From the NCBI GenBank assembly GCA_965279525.1, contig CBDIIB010000004.1, positions 1,184,001 through 1,248,000 on the forward strand: a DNA stretch of 64,000 nt. The letters run 5' to 3'. Shown here piece after piece: positions 38,789-48,656 of the stretch. A program made the position numbers and the translations under genes. Numbering within the stretch: the first letter of the stretch is position 1; each line of letters begins with the position of its first letter. The notes below the pieces were generated by a model. It made no database searches. It saw nothing but the letters and a program-made list of their open reading frames with translations, and had not been told where the DNA came from. The stretch is from Tagaea sp. (lineage in GTDB: Bacteria > Pseudomonadota > Alphaproteobacteria > CACIAM-22H2).

Positions 38789-39777
38789 TTTCCCACCTTC
38801 ACGGTCTTGCCGGTGCGAAGCGACTTGAGCGCGGCTTCCGCGAGCACCAGCGCCTGGCGGCCGTCGGCAGCACCCACCGGCATCTTCTTCTTGGCCGAAA
38901 GGGCCGCAAGGAACGCCGCCAGTTCGTGGCGATAGGCCTCGGCATAGCGCTCGAGGAAGAAATAGAGCGGCTTGTCCGAGGACACGCTCGTGGCGTCCGC
39001 CTTCTCGACGGTCGTGGCCGTGTGGTTGCCCGCCATCAGGCGGCCCTTCGCGCCGTGCACCTCGATGCGCTGGTCGTAGCCATAGCTTGCGCGCCGGCTG
39101 TTGTTAATGTGCGCGAGCTTGCCCGACTTCGTGCGCAGCAGGACCATGACGCTGTCGGTGTCGCCGACCTTGCCGACCGCCGGATCGACGAGGGCCGAGC
39201 CCATGGCGCTGACCTCGACCGGTTCCTCGCCCAGCAGCCAGCGCACCATGTCGAAATCGTGGATCGTCATGTCGCGGAACTGGCCGCCCGAGACCTTGAG
39301 GTACGACACCGGCGGAAGGCCGGGGTCGCGGCTCGACACGATCACCTGCTCCACGGCGCCGATCTCGCCGGCACGCAGGCGGGCCTGGAGTGCCGCGAAC
39401 GACGGATCGAAGCGCCGGTTGAAGCCGACGAACATCGGCACCTTGGCCGCCGAGACGACCTTCAGGCACGAATCGACGCGCGCGAGCGACAGGTCGATGG
39501 GCTTTTCGCAGAAGATTGCCTTGCCGGCCCGGGCTGCAAGGATGCACAGGTCGGCATGCGTGTCGGTCGACGAGGCGATGACGACCGCGCCGACCTTCGG
39601 ATCGGCAAGGGCCGTCCGGGTGTCGACGACCTTGGCGCCGTAGCGGCCCGCCAGATCCTCGGCCGATTCGCGATGCGTATCGATCACGTAACGAAGTTTG
39701 GCGCTTCCACTGGCGGCCAGATTTGCGGCATGAATGCGGCCGATACGGCCAGCCCCGAACTGCGCGATCTCGATCAT
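38785..39777 (-). CDS. iolG: myo-inositol 2-dehydrogenase
   Basis: FGAGRIG..HA, FCEKP, VGFNRRFDP, SRDP, SGG.FRDMTIHDFD, NSRRA.YGYDQRIEV, FFLERY. Confidence 0.92.
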   Translation of the reverse strand: MIEIAQFGAGRIGRIHAANLAASGSAKLRYVIDTHRESAEDLAGRYGAKVVDTRTALADPKVGAVVIASSTDTHADLCILAARAGKAIFCEKPIDLSLARVDSCLKVVSAAKVPMFVGFNRRFDPSFAALQARLRAGEIGAVEQVIVSSRDPGLPPVSYLKVSGGQFRDMTIHDFDMVRWLLGEEPVEVSAMGSALVDPAVGKVGDTDSVMVLLRTKSGKLAHINNSRRASYGYDQRIEVHGAKGRLMAGNHTATTVEKADATSVSSDKPLYFFLERYAEAYRHELAAFLAALSAKKKMPVGAADGRQALVLAEAALKSLRTGKTVKVGK

Positions 39778-39821
39778 GGGTTTCCTCTTGGACTTCTTGG
39801 CGGCGACAACATAAGCCCGTA

Positions 39822-39867
39822 TTGTCACAGTTATGTAACAAAAAAGTGTCAGGGAAAGAACCGTCCA
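39822..39867. promoter_or_regulatory. Divergent iolG/iolD control region with a dyad and an IolR-like site
   Basis: TTGTCACA-GTTA-TGTAACAA (39822-39841) and GGAA-AGAACC-GTCCA (39853-39867). Confidence 0.45.
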
Positions 39868-39868
39868 G

Positions 39869-41701
39869 ATGGGCATACGTCTTACAATGGCAGAAGCACT
39901 CGTCCGCTTCCTCGCCGCGCAGTCGATCGAGACCGACGGCCGCCGCGAGAAGCTTTTTGCCGGGGTCTTCGCGATATTCGGCCACGGCAATGTCGCGGGA
40001 ATTGGCCCCGCTCTGCATGCCCATCGCGCCGAGCTTCCGACGCTACGCGCCCACAACGAACAGGCCATGGCGCTTGCCGCCGTCGCCTTCGCCAAGACCC
40101 ATGCCCGCCGCCGCATGATGGCCTGCACCACGTCGATCGGTCCGGGGGCCACGAACATGGTCACGGCCGCGGCCGTGGCCCACGTCAACCGTCTGCCGGT
40201 GCTGTTCCTGCCAGGCGACACGTTTGCCGACCGCCGGCCCGACCCGGTCCTGCAGCAGGTCGAGAATTTCGGCGACCCGACCATTACGGCCAACGACTGC
40301 TTCCGCCCGGTCTCGCGCTACTGGGACCGCCTGACACGGCCCGAGCAGCTGTTGACCAGCCTGCCGGCAGCGCTGCGCGTGCTTCTCGACCCGGTCGATT
40401 GCGGCCCCGCCACGCTGGCCCTGCCGCAGGACGTGCAGGCGATGAGCCACGACTATCCGGCCGAGTTCTTCGCACCCCGCGTGCACAGGATCCGCCGGCC
40501 GGCCGCCGAACCGGATGTCGTGCGCGAAGTCGCGGCACTGCTGCGTACCAGCCGCCGGCCGATGATCGTCGTGGGCGGCGGGGTAAAATACGCGCTGGCC
40601 GAAAAGGCGCTCGCCGACTTCGCGGGCAAGCACGGCATCCCTTGCGCGGAAACACAGGCCGGCAAGGGTGCGTTGGCGTGGGACAACCCGGCCAATCTCG
40701 GCGCACTCGGCGTCACCGGCACCAAGGCCGCCAACGAAGCGGCCGCCCGCGCCGACGTGGTGCTGGCGATCGGGACCCGGCTTGCCGACTTCCCCACCGC
40801 CTCGCGCACGATCTTCGCCGACCCGAAGGTCCGCCTCGTGCAGGTCAATGTCGGCGCGTTCGACGCGCACAAGCACGGCGCCCTGCCCTTCGTCGCCGAC
40901 GCGCGCGAAGCGCTCAGCGCACTCGAGTCCAGGCTCGGCCGCTGGAAGGCGTCCGCCGCATGGACGTCCGCCGGCACGCGCGGTGCCCGCGCCTGGGCCC
41001 GCGACGTCAGGCGCATCACGGCACCGCGGCCCGGCCGCCCCGACGACGCGCAGGTGCTCGGAGTCGTCAACCGCTTCGCCGCGAAACGGCCGCACGTGCT
41101 CCTGTGCGCGGCCGGCGGCCTACCGGGGGAACTGCACAAGCTCTGGCAGGCGACCGACAGCGCCTCCTATCACCTCGAATACGGCTATTCGTGCATGGGC
41201 TACGAGATCGCCGGCGGTCTCGGCGCCAAGCTCGCCGCGCCGCGCCGCGACGTCTACGTGATGGTCGGCGACGGCTCGTACCTGATGATGAATTCCGAGA
41301 TTGCCACGTCGGTGGCGCTCGGCGTGAAGCTCGTCATCGTCGTGCTCGACAATCGCGGCTTCGGCTGCATCGAACGGCTTCAGCGCGCGACCGGGGGTGC
41401 TTCGTTCAACAACCGGCTGGCCAGCGAACATCCGCCGGTCGATTTCGCGGCCCACGCAGCATCGCTCGGCGCGCAGGCCGAGAAGGTCGGCTCGCTCGCC
41501 GAACTCGAGCCGGCGCTCGCCCGCGCGCGCGCGGCAAGGAAAACGGCGGTTGTCGTCATCGACACCGACGGGCGCGATTCGACCGGCCTTGGCGGAGCAT
41601 GGTGGGACGTCCCGGTGTCGGACGCCGCGCGCACCGCGTCGGGTCGGGCGACACGCCAGAAATACGAACGCGCACGCGCGCGACAGAAACAAGGAGCCTG
41701 A
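39869..41701 (+). CDS. iolD: 3D-(3,5/4)-trihydroxycyclohexane-1,2-dione hydrolase
   Basis: IRLTMAEALV.FL, AIFGHGNVAG, HNEQAMA, TSIGPGATN, EYGYSCMGYEIAG, GDGSYLM (TPP motif), WWDVP. Confidence 0.95.
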   Translation: MGIRLTMAEALVRFLAAQSIETDGRREKLFAGVFAIFGHGNVAGIGPALHAHRAELPTLRAHNEQAMALAAVAFAKTHARRRMMACTTSIGPGATNMVTAAAVAHVNRLPVLFLPGDTFADRRPDPVLQQVENFGDPTITANDCFRPVSRYWDRLTRPEQLLTSLPAALRVLLDPVDCGPATLALPQDVQAMSHDYPAEFFAPRVHRIRRPAAEPDVVREVAALLRTSRRPMIVVGGGVKYALAEKALADFAGKHGIPCAETQAGKGALAWDNPANLGALGVTGTKAANEAAARADVVLAIGTRLADFPTASRTIFADPKVRLVQVNVGAFDAHKHGALPFVADAREALSALESRLGRWKASAAWTSAGTRGARAWARDVRRITAPRPGRPDDAQVLGVVNRFAAKRPHVLLCAAGGLPGELHKLWQATDSASYHLEYGYSCMGYEIAGGLGAKLAAPRRDVYVMVGDGSYLMMNSEIATSVALGVKLVIVVLDNRGFGCIERLQRATGGASFNNRLASEHPPVDFAAHAASLGAQAEKVGSLAELEPALARARAARKTAVVVIDTDGRDSTGLGGAWWDVPVSDAARTASGRATRQKYERARARQKQGA

Positions 41702-41704
41702 GAA

Positions 41705-42592
41705 ATGTCCTGCCCGATCGGCATCAACCCGCTGACCTGGACCAACGACGACATGCCGGAGCTCGGCGGCGAGACGCCGCTTGCGACCTGCCTTTCGGAA
41801 GCCAAGCGCGCCGGCTACGACGGCGTCGAGCTCGGCAACAAGTTCCCGCGCGAAGCCGCCAAGCTCGCGCCGATCATGGCGGCGCATGGCCTACGCATCG
41901 CGTCCGGCTGGTACAGCGGCAACCTGCTGACCCGCGACGTCGACGCCGAGATGGCGGCGATGCGTCCGCATCTGGAGCTGCTGCTGGCGATGGGTTGCAA
42001 GGCGATGGTGTTCGCCGAGACGACCGGCTGCGTGCACGGCAACAAAAAAGCGAAGCTCGCCGCACGCCGCAAGCTGTCGGACGGCGAGATGCGCACGCTG
42101 GGCATCCGGATGACCGAACTCGGCACGCTTATGGAAGCGCGCGGCATCAAGCTCGCTTACCACCACCACATGGGCACGGTGATCGAGACCGAAGCGGAGG
42201 TCGACGCGCTGATGGCAGCGACCGGGCCGTCGGTTGGCCTGCTGCTCGATACGGGGCACCTCACCTATGCCGGCGGCGATCCGCTGGCGGTCGCCAAGCG
42301 CCACGGCCGGCGCATCGCGCATGTCCACTGCAAGGACATCCGTGCCTCTCTGCTGGCGGAAGCCAAGGCGAAGGACCTGAGCTTCCTCGACGCGGTGCTG
42401 AGCGGCGTGTTCACCGTGCCGGGCGATGGCGCTGTCGACTACCCGCCGATCTTCGCCGAACTCAAGCGGCTCAAATACGCGGGCTGGCTCGTCGTCGAGG
42501 CCGAACAGGACCCGGCCAAGGCGCATCCGCTGACTTACGCGAAAATGGGCAACGACTATCTGCGCGCCGAGACGGCCAAGATCGGCCTCTGA
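41705..42592 (+). CDS. iolE: myo-inosose-2 dehydratase
   Basis: GINPLTWTNDDMPELGG, ELGNKFP, YHHHMGT, LLDTGH, HVHCKD, FTVPGDG, VVEAEQDP. Confidence 0.95.
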   Translation: MSCPIGINPLTWTNDDMPELGGETPLATCLSEAKRAGYDGVELGNKFPREAAKLAPIMAAHGLRIASGWYSGNLLTRDVDAEMAAMRPHLELLLAMGCKAMVFAETTGCVHGNKKAKLAARRKLSDGEMRTLGIRMTELGTLMEARGIKLAYHHHMGTVIETEAEVDALMAATGPSVGLLLDTGHLTYAGGDPLAVAKRHGRRIAHVHCKDIRASLLAEAKAKDLSFLDAVLSGVFTVPGDGAVDYPPIFAELKRLKYAGWLVVEAEQDPAKAHPLTYAKMGNDYLRAETAKIGL

Positions 42593-42599
42593 CGGCGTT

Positions 42600-44036
42600 T
42601 CACGCCCGCACGTGATTCCAGAACGTCGCGGGCGTATCGAGCATCGCGCGGATGCCGAGCCGGTCGATCATCCGGTCAGTCTCGCGCTGCGCTTCGTCGA
42701 GGATCTGGTCCTCGTCGACCAGCATCGCCGTGCGGTTCTCGAGCGCCACGACGCCGTCGACGATGACGGTGTCGACGTCGTTGCCGTTGGCGAAGTTGAC
42801 GATGCGGCTCGCCGGCATGTTCGCCGGATAGAGATGCGGGCGGCGAAGATCGACGATCGTCACGTCGGCCTTCTTGCCCGGTTCCAGCGATCCGATCTCG
42901 GATTCCAGCCCCAGCGCCTTCGCACCGTCGATCGTGCACATCTCCAGGACGCGCCCCGGCGGCAGCCAGCCCGCGTCGCGGAAATGCCGCCGGTGATAAT
43001 GCATGCATTGCTGCATGTGGCGGAACATGTCGGCCGACCTGTCCGGTGCCGTGCCGTCCGAGCCCAGTGCGACGACCACCCCGAGCTGGATAAGCTCCGT
43101 CACCGGACAGCGGCCCATCACCGACGCGATGGCGCTGGGGTTGTGCGCGATGCGGCTGCCGGTTTCGGCGCAGATGCGGATCTCCTCGTCGGTCAGGTCG
43201 GTCGCGTGCGACAGCAGCATGTCGGGCCCGAGCAGGCCGTGCTTGTGCGCGAAGGCGACGCTGCCTTTGGTGTGGCCGTCCTGCGTGAAGATCGTGCCGC
43301 GCTCGCGGCCAAGCGCTCGCATCGCTTTCGACTGTGCCACCGCCTCGTCGACGAGGGCGGCCGGCTGGTCGCGCAGATGCTCTTCGCGCACCGTGGGCGT
43401 GATCAGCGCGATGCGGATACGGTTGCCGTGCGTCGCGTGCCATCCGTCGATCAGCGTGCGACAGGTGGCAAGCTGGTCGTCGAACGAGACGGCGTACTCG
43501 CGCTTCGATCCTTCTTTCCAGCTCGCATAGGTGCGCGGGAACGGCGGCCGCGTGGCGCCGACCGCGACGACCGAGCGCGTGCCGACCGACACCACGCCGG
43601 CACAATGGGCGGCCCCGTAGGCCGGATCGTCCGTGCGCAGGATCGTGTCGCCGCCACCGAGCAGCGACACGCCAGTCGTCACGCCGAAGCGCAGCCGTTC
43701 GAGTGCCGCCAGCCGCGATTCCGCGTACCAGAAATCCTCGGTCGAGCCGACCGTGTAGGCGAGCTCGCAGGCGTCGTGCCACAGGTCGGACCGGCCGCCG
43801 CCCATCGTCTTGATCAACCCGTGGCCCGCATGCGCGTGCGCGTCGATCAGGCCCGGCAGCACGGCCTTGCCGCGCGCGTCGATGGTTCGTCTGGCGTCGT
43901 GACGGCCGGGGATCGTCTCCAGCGGACCGACGGCGACAATGCGGTCGCCCGCGATGGCGACGGCGCCGTTCTCGATGACGCGGCGTGCCGGATCCACGGC
44001 GATCACGGTTCCGTTGGCGATGAGCAGGTCGATCAC
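42600..44036 (-). CDS. Metal-dependent amidohydrolase/deaminase (SsnA/AtzA/MtaD-like)
   Basis: LPGLIDAHAH (HxH), GVTT, LSHA, AHNP, LGSDG, IGSLEPGKKAD. Confidence 0.85.
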   Translation of the reverse strand: MIDLLIANGTVIAVDPARRVIENGAVAIAGDRIVAVGPLETIPGRHDARRTIDARGKAVLPGLIDAHAHAGHGLIKTMGGGRSDLWHDACELAYTVGSTEDFWYAESRLAALERLRFGVTTGVSLLGGGDTILRTDDPAYGAAHCAGVVSVGTRSVVAVGATRPPFPRTYASWKEGSKREYAVSFDDQLATCRTLIDGWHATHGNRIRIALITPTVREEHLRDQPAALVDEAVAQSKAMRALGRERGTIFTQDGHTKGSVAFAHKHGLLGPDMLLSHATDLTDEEIRICAETGSRIAHNPSAIASVMGRCPVTELIQLGVVVALGSDGTAPDRSADMFRHMQQCMHYHRRHFRDAGWLPPGRVLEMCTIDGAKALGLESEIGSLEPGKKADVTIVDLRRPHLYPANMPASRIVNFANGNDVDTVIVDGVVALENRTAMLVDEDQILDEAQRETDRMIDRLGIRAMLDTPATFWNHVRA

Positions 44037-44107
44037 GTCGCTGTTTTCCTTCCCGTCGCTTCGATCCGGTCTTCAAATGGGGGCCGATTGGGCTAGACTT
44101 GTCAAGC

Positions 44108-44848
44108 ATGCGCCTGCTCCTCATCAACCCGAACACGTCGGCCTCGATCACCGATCTGGTGGCGCGTCGCGCGCGCGAAGTCGCACCGGCCGGCACCGAG
44201 TTCGACGTCGTCACGGCACGCTTCGGGCCGCGCTATATCGGCTCGCGCGCCGGGTCGGCGATCGCCGCGCACGCGGCCCTCGACGCCTTCGCCGCCTCCT
44301 GGCGGCCCGTCCACGCCGGCGTGCTTCTCGCCTGTTTCGGCGATCCGGGCCTCGACGCGCTGGGCGAAGTCTCGCCGGTCCCGGTCACCGGCATGGCGGC
44401 TGCGTCGATGCGGATCGCGGCCGGGCGCGCAAAGCGCGTCGGCATGCTGACCGGCGGCGAACGCTGGGTCCCGATGCTGAAGGAGTTCGTTGCCGGTCTG
44501 GGGCTTGGCGACAGTCTCGCCTGCGTGCGCGCGGTTTCCGCAACCGGCGCGCAGATCGCCTCCGATCCCGAATCCGCCTTCGGCGAACTCGCCGCCCAGG
44601 CGAATGCCGCCGCAAGCGAAGACGGCGCCGAGATCGTGATTCTCGGTGGTGCCGGCCTGACCGGACTCGTCCCCGCACTGCAACATCGCGTCCGGGTGCC
44701 GTTGCTGGACTCGCTTGAATGCGCGGTCGAGCATCTGGTGCATCTTGCAAATGCACCGCTCGCCCGAAGCACCGCACCGCCACCGGTCGAGACGATCGGC
44801 CTCGGCGCGGACCTCGCCCGGCTTCTGGACGGCGAGCTCAAAGCCTAG
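44108..44848 (+). CDS. Asp/Glu/hydantoin racemase family protein
   Basis: LLINPNTS, LACFGDPGL, PVTGMA, ILGGAGL (second catalytic Cys position is Gly). Confidence 0.85.
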   Translation: MRLLLINPNTSASITDLVARRAREVAPAGTEFDVVTARFGPRYIGSRAGSAIAAHAALDAFAASWRPVHAGVLLACFGDPGLDALGEVSPVPVTGMAAASMRIAAGRAKRVGMLTGGERWVPMLKEFVAGLGLGDSLACVRAVSATGAQIASDPESAFGELAAQANAAASEDGAEIVILGGAGLTGLVPALQHRVRVPLLDSLECAVEHLVHLANAPLARSTAPPPVETIGLGADLARLLDGELKA

Positions 44849-44933
44849 CGGCAACACGAGCGGGCTTGTCCACGGCGGGCAACCCGGCGCATTCTGCGGT
44901 GCCGGTGGCCCCCGCCCCCATTTTGGAGAAATC

Positions 44934-45875
44934 GTGCATCCCCCGCCGTTCCAGCTGATCGACCGGCTGCGGTCGGGTTTCTCGCGCATGCCGCCCGACC
45001 TTGCCGCTTCCCTGCTCATGATCCTGGCGCTCATCACGTTCACGATGACGGGCGTGGTGATCCGCCATGCGGCCGAATCCCTGCCGATCCTCCAGATCCT
45101 GTTCCTGCGCCAGCTCATGGCGACGGCCATCATGGCGCCGCTCTACTGGCGGCACCGCAACCAGATCCTTCATCCCGACGGCATGCGCCTCCACGCGCTG
45201 CGCGGATTGGCCGCTGTCGTGTCGATGATCTGCGGGAACGCGGCGGTCATCCACATCCCGTTCGCCGACGTCACGGCCATCCAGATGTCGGAGGTGCTTT
45301 TCATAACCGCACTGGCCGCGATGTTCCTCGGCGAGAAGGTCGCCTGGCGCCGGTGGACGGCGACGGCCGTGGGCTTCATCGGGGTCGTGGTGATGATCCG
45401 GCCGTTCTCGGGTGCCGTCGAGGTCTTCGCGCTCGTGGCGTTGTTCGGCTCGATCTTCGGCGCGATCTCCGTCGCCACGCTGCGTTTCGGGTCGCGTCTC
45501 GATACGGCCGAAACCGTCATCTTCTACCAGAGCGTCGTCATACTTGCCTGCCTGACGCCGCTCGCATGGTGGGTCTGGGTTCCGCCATCCGCCGGGTCCG
45601 TCGCGGTCGTCGCGGCGATGAGCGTGCTGCTTGCCGTCGGTACATGGCTGTTCACGACCGCCTTCCGCACCGGAAACGCGTCGTCCATCGCACCCTTGCA
45701 GTATCTGCGCTTGCTGATGATGGCGGCCGTCGGCTACTGGCTCTATGACGAGACGCCGAGCCTGGAAACGACATTGGGTGCCGCTCTCGTCGTCGGCGCC
45801 GCCATCTATACGCTGCACCGCAATGCCGTACGCCAGTCGAAGGTCGCACCGGCCCGCCCCGACGGGCCCGTCTGA
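44934..45875 (+). CDS. DMT/EamA family transporter
   Basis: About 10 TM segments; FLGEKV.WRRW.A..VGFIGV..IRP, AS.IAP.QY; GTG start after GGAG assumed. Confidence 0.85.
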   Translation: MHPPPFQLIDRLRSGFSRMPPDLAASLLMILALITFTMTGVVIRHAAESLPILQILFLRQLMATAIMAPLYWRHRNQILHPDGMRLHALRGLAAVVSMICGNAAVIHIPFADVTAIQMSEVLFITALAAMFLGEKVAWRRWTATAVGFIGVVVMIRPFSGAVEVFALVALFGSIFGAISVATLRFGSRLDTAETVIFYQSVVILACLTPLAWWVWVPPSAGSVAVVAAMSVLLAVGTWLFTTAFRTGNASSIAPLQYLRLLMMAAVGYWLYDETPSLETTLGAALVVGAAIYTLHRNAVRQSKVAPARPDGPV

Positions 45876-45944
45876 CGCGGCGCTTTGCGGCGGTCGCGCG
45901 CAATGCTAATCCGTAAGGCAGAACGGATTGCGCAGGAGAATGCG

Positions 45945-46406
45945 ATGTCGGCCGAAGCAAAACTCAAGGAACTCGGGATCGTGCTGCCGGACGTGCCGGC
46001 GCCGGTCGCCAACTACGTGCCCTTCCGGCTCCATCGCGACACGCTCTATTTGTCCGGCCAGGGTCCGCGCCAGCCGGGCGGCGGCTACAGCACGGGACTC
46101 GTCGGCAAGGACGTCGACATCGCGCGCGCCTACCAGGATGCGCGAACCGTCGGTCTTGGCCTGCTTGCTGTCGCGCATCGCGCACTCGGCAGCCTCGATC
46201 GGGTCGACTATGTCGTGAAGCTGCTCGGCATGGTCAACGGCGCCCCCGGCTTCGGCGACCAGCCCAAGGTGATCAACGGCTGCTCGGACCTGCTCGTCGA
46301 GATCTTCGGCGATGCCGGCCGGCACGCGCGTTCCGCCGTCGGCATGGGCAGCCTGCCCAACAACATGACTGTCGAGATCGAGGCGATCCTCGCGGTCAAG
46401 CCTTAG
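45945..46406 (+). CDS. RidA/YjgF family protein
   Basis: P.PVANYVP, LYLSGQGP, VINGCSDLL..FG.AGRHARSAVG..LP.N..VEIE. Confidence 0.9.
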   Translation: MSAEAKLKELGIVLPDVPAPVANYVPFRLHRDTLYLSGQGPRQPGGGYSTGLVGKDVDIARAYQDARTVGLGLLAVAHRALGSLDRVDYVVKLLGMVNGAPGFGDQPKVINGCSDLLVEIFGDAGRHARSAVGMGSLPNNMTVEIEAILAVKP

Positions 46407-47358
46407 GCGGATCGTAGACCTTCACGACCGGCTCGCCGATCCCCTTGCGCGACGTGACGAGATCGTAGGCCCAGGGCTGGCGGTGGCGTTCGAAGTTGAA
46501 CGTCGTGCGCCGGTAGCTCGCTCCGGCATCGAGATCGCAGCTCGCCACGGCCAGTTCGTCGCCGTCGCTGCGGCACGCCGCCACCGTGACGCCGCTGGGC
46601 GCCACGATCTGGCTGCCGGCGATCGACGGCACGCCTTCTTCCGTCCCGCCCTTGGCCACGCCGACGACCCACAGCGCGTTCTGGTAGGCGCCCGATTGCA
46701 TGACCAGCGTGTTGTGGAACAGGGCCAGATCGTCGTGGTCGGGGGCCGGCGGGTTGTGGACGGGCGTGTTGTAGCCCAGCAGCACCATCTCGGCCCCCTG
46801 CAGGGCCAGCGTGCGGTACGTCTCCGGCCAGCGCCGATCGTTGCAGATGCACATCCCGATCTTGGTGCCAAAGGCGTTGAAGACGCGGAAACCGTAATTG
46901 CCGATGTCGAAATACCGCTTCTCTAGATGCTGGAAGCGCCGCCACGGCTCGTGCGCGTCGTGTCCGGGCAAATGCACCTTGCGGTACTTGCCGACAATCT
47001 CGCCGGACTTCTCGACGAGGATCGCGGCGTTGAAGCGCTTCGTCTTGCCCTCTTCCTGCGTAAGCTCCGCATAGCCGAGGCAGAAGCCGAGCCCGAGACG
47101 CTTGGCTTCCTCGAAAAGCGGGCGCGTGGCGGGTCCGGGCATCTCGGCTTCGAAGAAGGCGTCGATCTCCGCCTGGTCGTCGAAATGCCAGCGCGGGAAG
47201 AATGTCGTCAGCGCCAGTTCCGGAAAGACCGCCAGATCGCAGCCCATCCGCTTCGCCTCGCGCAGATGCACGATCAGGCGTTCGACGACCTGGCTGCGGG
47301 TTTCGGTGCGGGCGATGGGGCCGAGCTGGGCGGCGGCGACGGTCAGATGGCGCGGCAT
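46396..47358 (-). CDS. N-carbamoyl-D-amino-acid hydrolase (nitrilase superfamily)
   Basis: AAQLGPI, FPELALTTFFPRW, KYRKVHLPGH, QHLEKRYF, ICNDRRWPE (E-K-C triad). Confidence 0.9.
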   Translation of the reverse strand: MPRHLTVAAAQLGPIARTETRSQVVERLIVHLREAKRMGCDLAVFPELALTTFFPRWHFDDQAEIDAFFEAEMPGPATRPLFEEAKRLGLGFCLGYAELTQEEGKTKRFNAAILVEKSGEIVGKYRKVHLPGHDAHEPWRRFQHLEKRYFDIGNYGFRVFNAFGTKIGMCICNDRRWPETYRTLALQGAEMVLLGYNTPVHNPPAPDHDDLALFHNTLVMQSGAYQNALWVVGVAKGGTEEGVPSIAGSQIVAPSGVTVAACRSDGDELAVASCDLDAGASYRRTTFNFERHRQPWAYDLVTSRKGIGEPVVKVYDPPKA

Positions 47359-47369
47359 GGCGGGTTCCT

Positions 47370-48593
47370 TCAGGCGGCGAGTTCGAGGACAACGTCGAGC
47401 AGCACTTTGGCGCCGGCGTCGATGTCGGCCGGATCAGTGTGTTCGGCGACGTTATGCGAGAGGCCCTTGGCGCTGGGCACGAAGATCATGCCGGTCGGGC
47501 AGACGCGCGCGAACATCTGCGCGTCGTGCCCGGCGCCCGAAGGCATCCGCCGGCAGCTGAAGCCGCGGGCGGCAGCACGTGCTGCGACCAGATCGACGAT
47601 TCCGTCGGCAAACGTGACCGGCTCGAAGCGCGCGAGCACGCGCTTCTCGACGCCGATCTGCTCTGCCGCACAGATGTTTTCGATCAGGGCCGCGGCTTCC
47701 GCTTCGGCCGCGCGCAGGACGGTTTCATCGGTATTGCGCAGATCGACCGTGAATGTCGCGCGCGATGCGACGACGTTGATCAAGTTGGGAACCAGCTCGA
47801 TCCGGCCGACGGTGCCGACCTGATCGCCGCCGAAGCGACGCACGAGATCGCGGATGCCGCTTGCGACCGCCATCGCGGCGTAGCCCGCATCGCGGCGCAG
47901 GCGCATCGGCGTCGTGCCCGCATGATTGGACACGCCGCTGAACGCGTACTCCGCCCAGGAGATGCCCTGCACGCCGGTAACCGCCCCGATCGTCAGGCCC
48001 TCGGCCTCAAGGATGGGTCCCTGCTCGATATGCAGTTCGACGAAGGCGTACGGGCGCGCGAAGCCGGGGGCTTTGTCGCCCAGATAGCCGATGCGGGCAA
48101 GCTCCTCGCCCAGCACCTTGCCGTCGATCGCGCGTGCGGCGTGCGCTTCGGCAAGCGGCATGCCGCCGACATAGACGAGGCTGCCGAGCATGTCGGGCTG
48201 GAAGCGTGCCCCCTCCTCGTTCGTGAAGAAGGCGACCGCGAGGGGCCGGCGCGTGCGCAGGCCGGCGCGGTCCAGTGCTGCGCACAGTTCGAGACCGGCA
48301 AGCACGCCCAGATTCCCGTCGTAGCGCCCGCCGGTGCGCACCGTGTCGATGTGCGATCCGATCATCACCGGCTCGATGTCCGCGGAACCCGCCCGCACGC
48401 CGACGACGTTGCCGATTGCATCGGTGCCGACATCGAGGCCGAGTTCGCGCATCCAGCCGACGACGAGATCCCGGCCCGCCTTGTCCTCGTCCGTCAGCGC
48501 AAGACGCGCGTTGCCGCCGCCCGGAATGCCGCCGACCGCACCGAGCCGCACAAGCCGGTCGAGAAGCGATGCGGTATCGATTTCGACGGGCAT
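47370..48593 (-). CDS. M20 Zn-dependent hydrolase (N-carbamoyl-L-amino-acid hydrolase/allantoate amidohydrolase family)
   Basis: GSHIDTV..GG.YDG.LGV, TNEEGARF, ELHIEQGP, NHAGTTPM, SGAGHDAQ, SHN..E. Confidence 0.92.
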   Translation of the reverse strand: MPVEIDTASLLDRLVRLGAVGGIPGGGNARLALTDEDKAGRDLVVGWMRELGLDVGTDAIGNVVGVRAGSADIEPVMIGSHIDTVRTGGRYDGNLGVLAGLELCAALDRAGLRTRRPLAVAFFTNEEGARFQPDMLGSLVYVGGMPLAEAHAARAIDGKVLGEELARIGYLGDKAPGFARPYAFVELHIEQGPILEAEGLTIGAVTGVQGISWAEYAFSGVSNHAGTTPMRLRRDAGYAAMAVASGIRDLVRRFGGDQVGTVGRIELVPNLINVVASRATFTVDLRNTDETVLRAAEAEAAALIENICAAEQIGVEKRVLARFEPVTFADGIVDLVAARAAARGFSCRRMPSGAGHDAQMFARVCPTGMIFVPSAKGLSHNVAEHTDPADIDAGAKVLLDVVLELAA

Positions 48594-48656
48594 GAAACTC
48601 CGCTGGCGGACGCGCGATTGACGCCCCTACAATCGAAGAAAGGGCGGAGGAATGCA

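Noticed and set aside
38926-42615. 1229-aa ORF
   Set aside because: Arg/Pro/Gly-rich translation with no motifs, overlapping iolG, iolD and iolE; a typical high-GC shadow ORF
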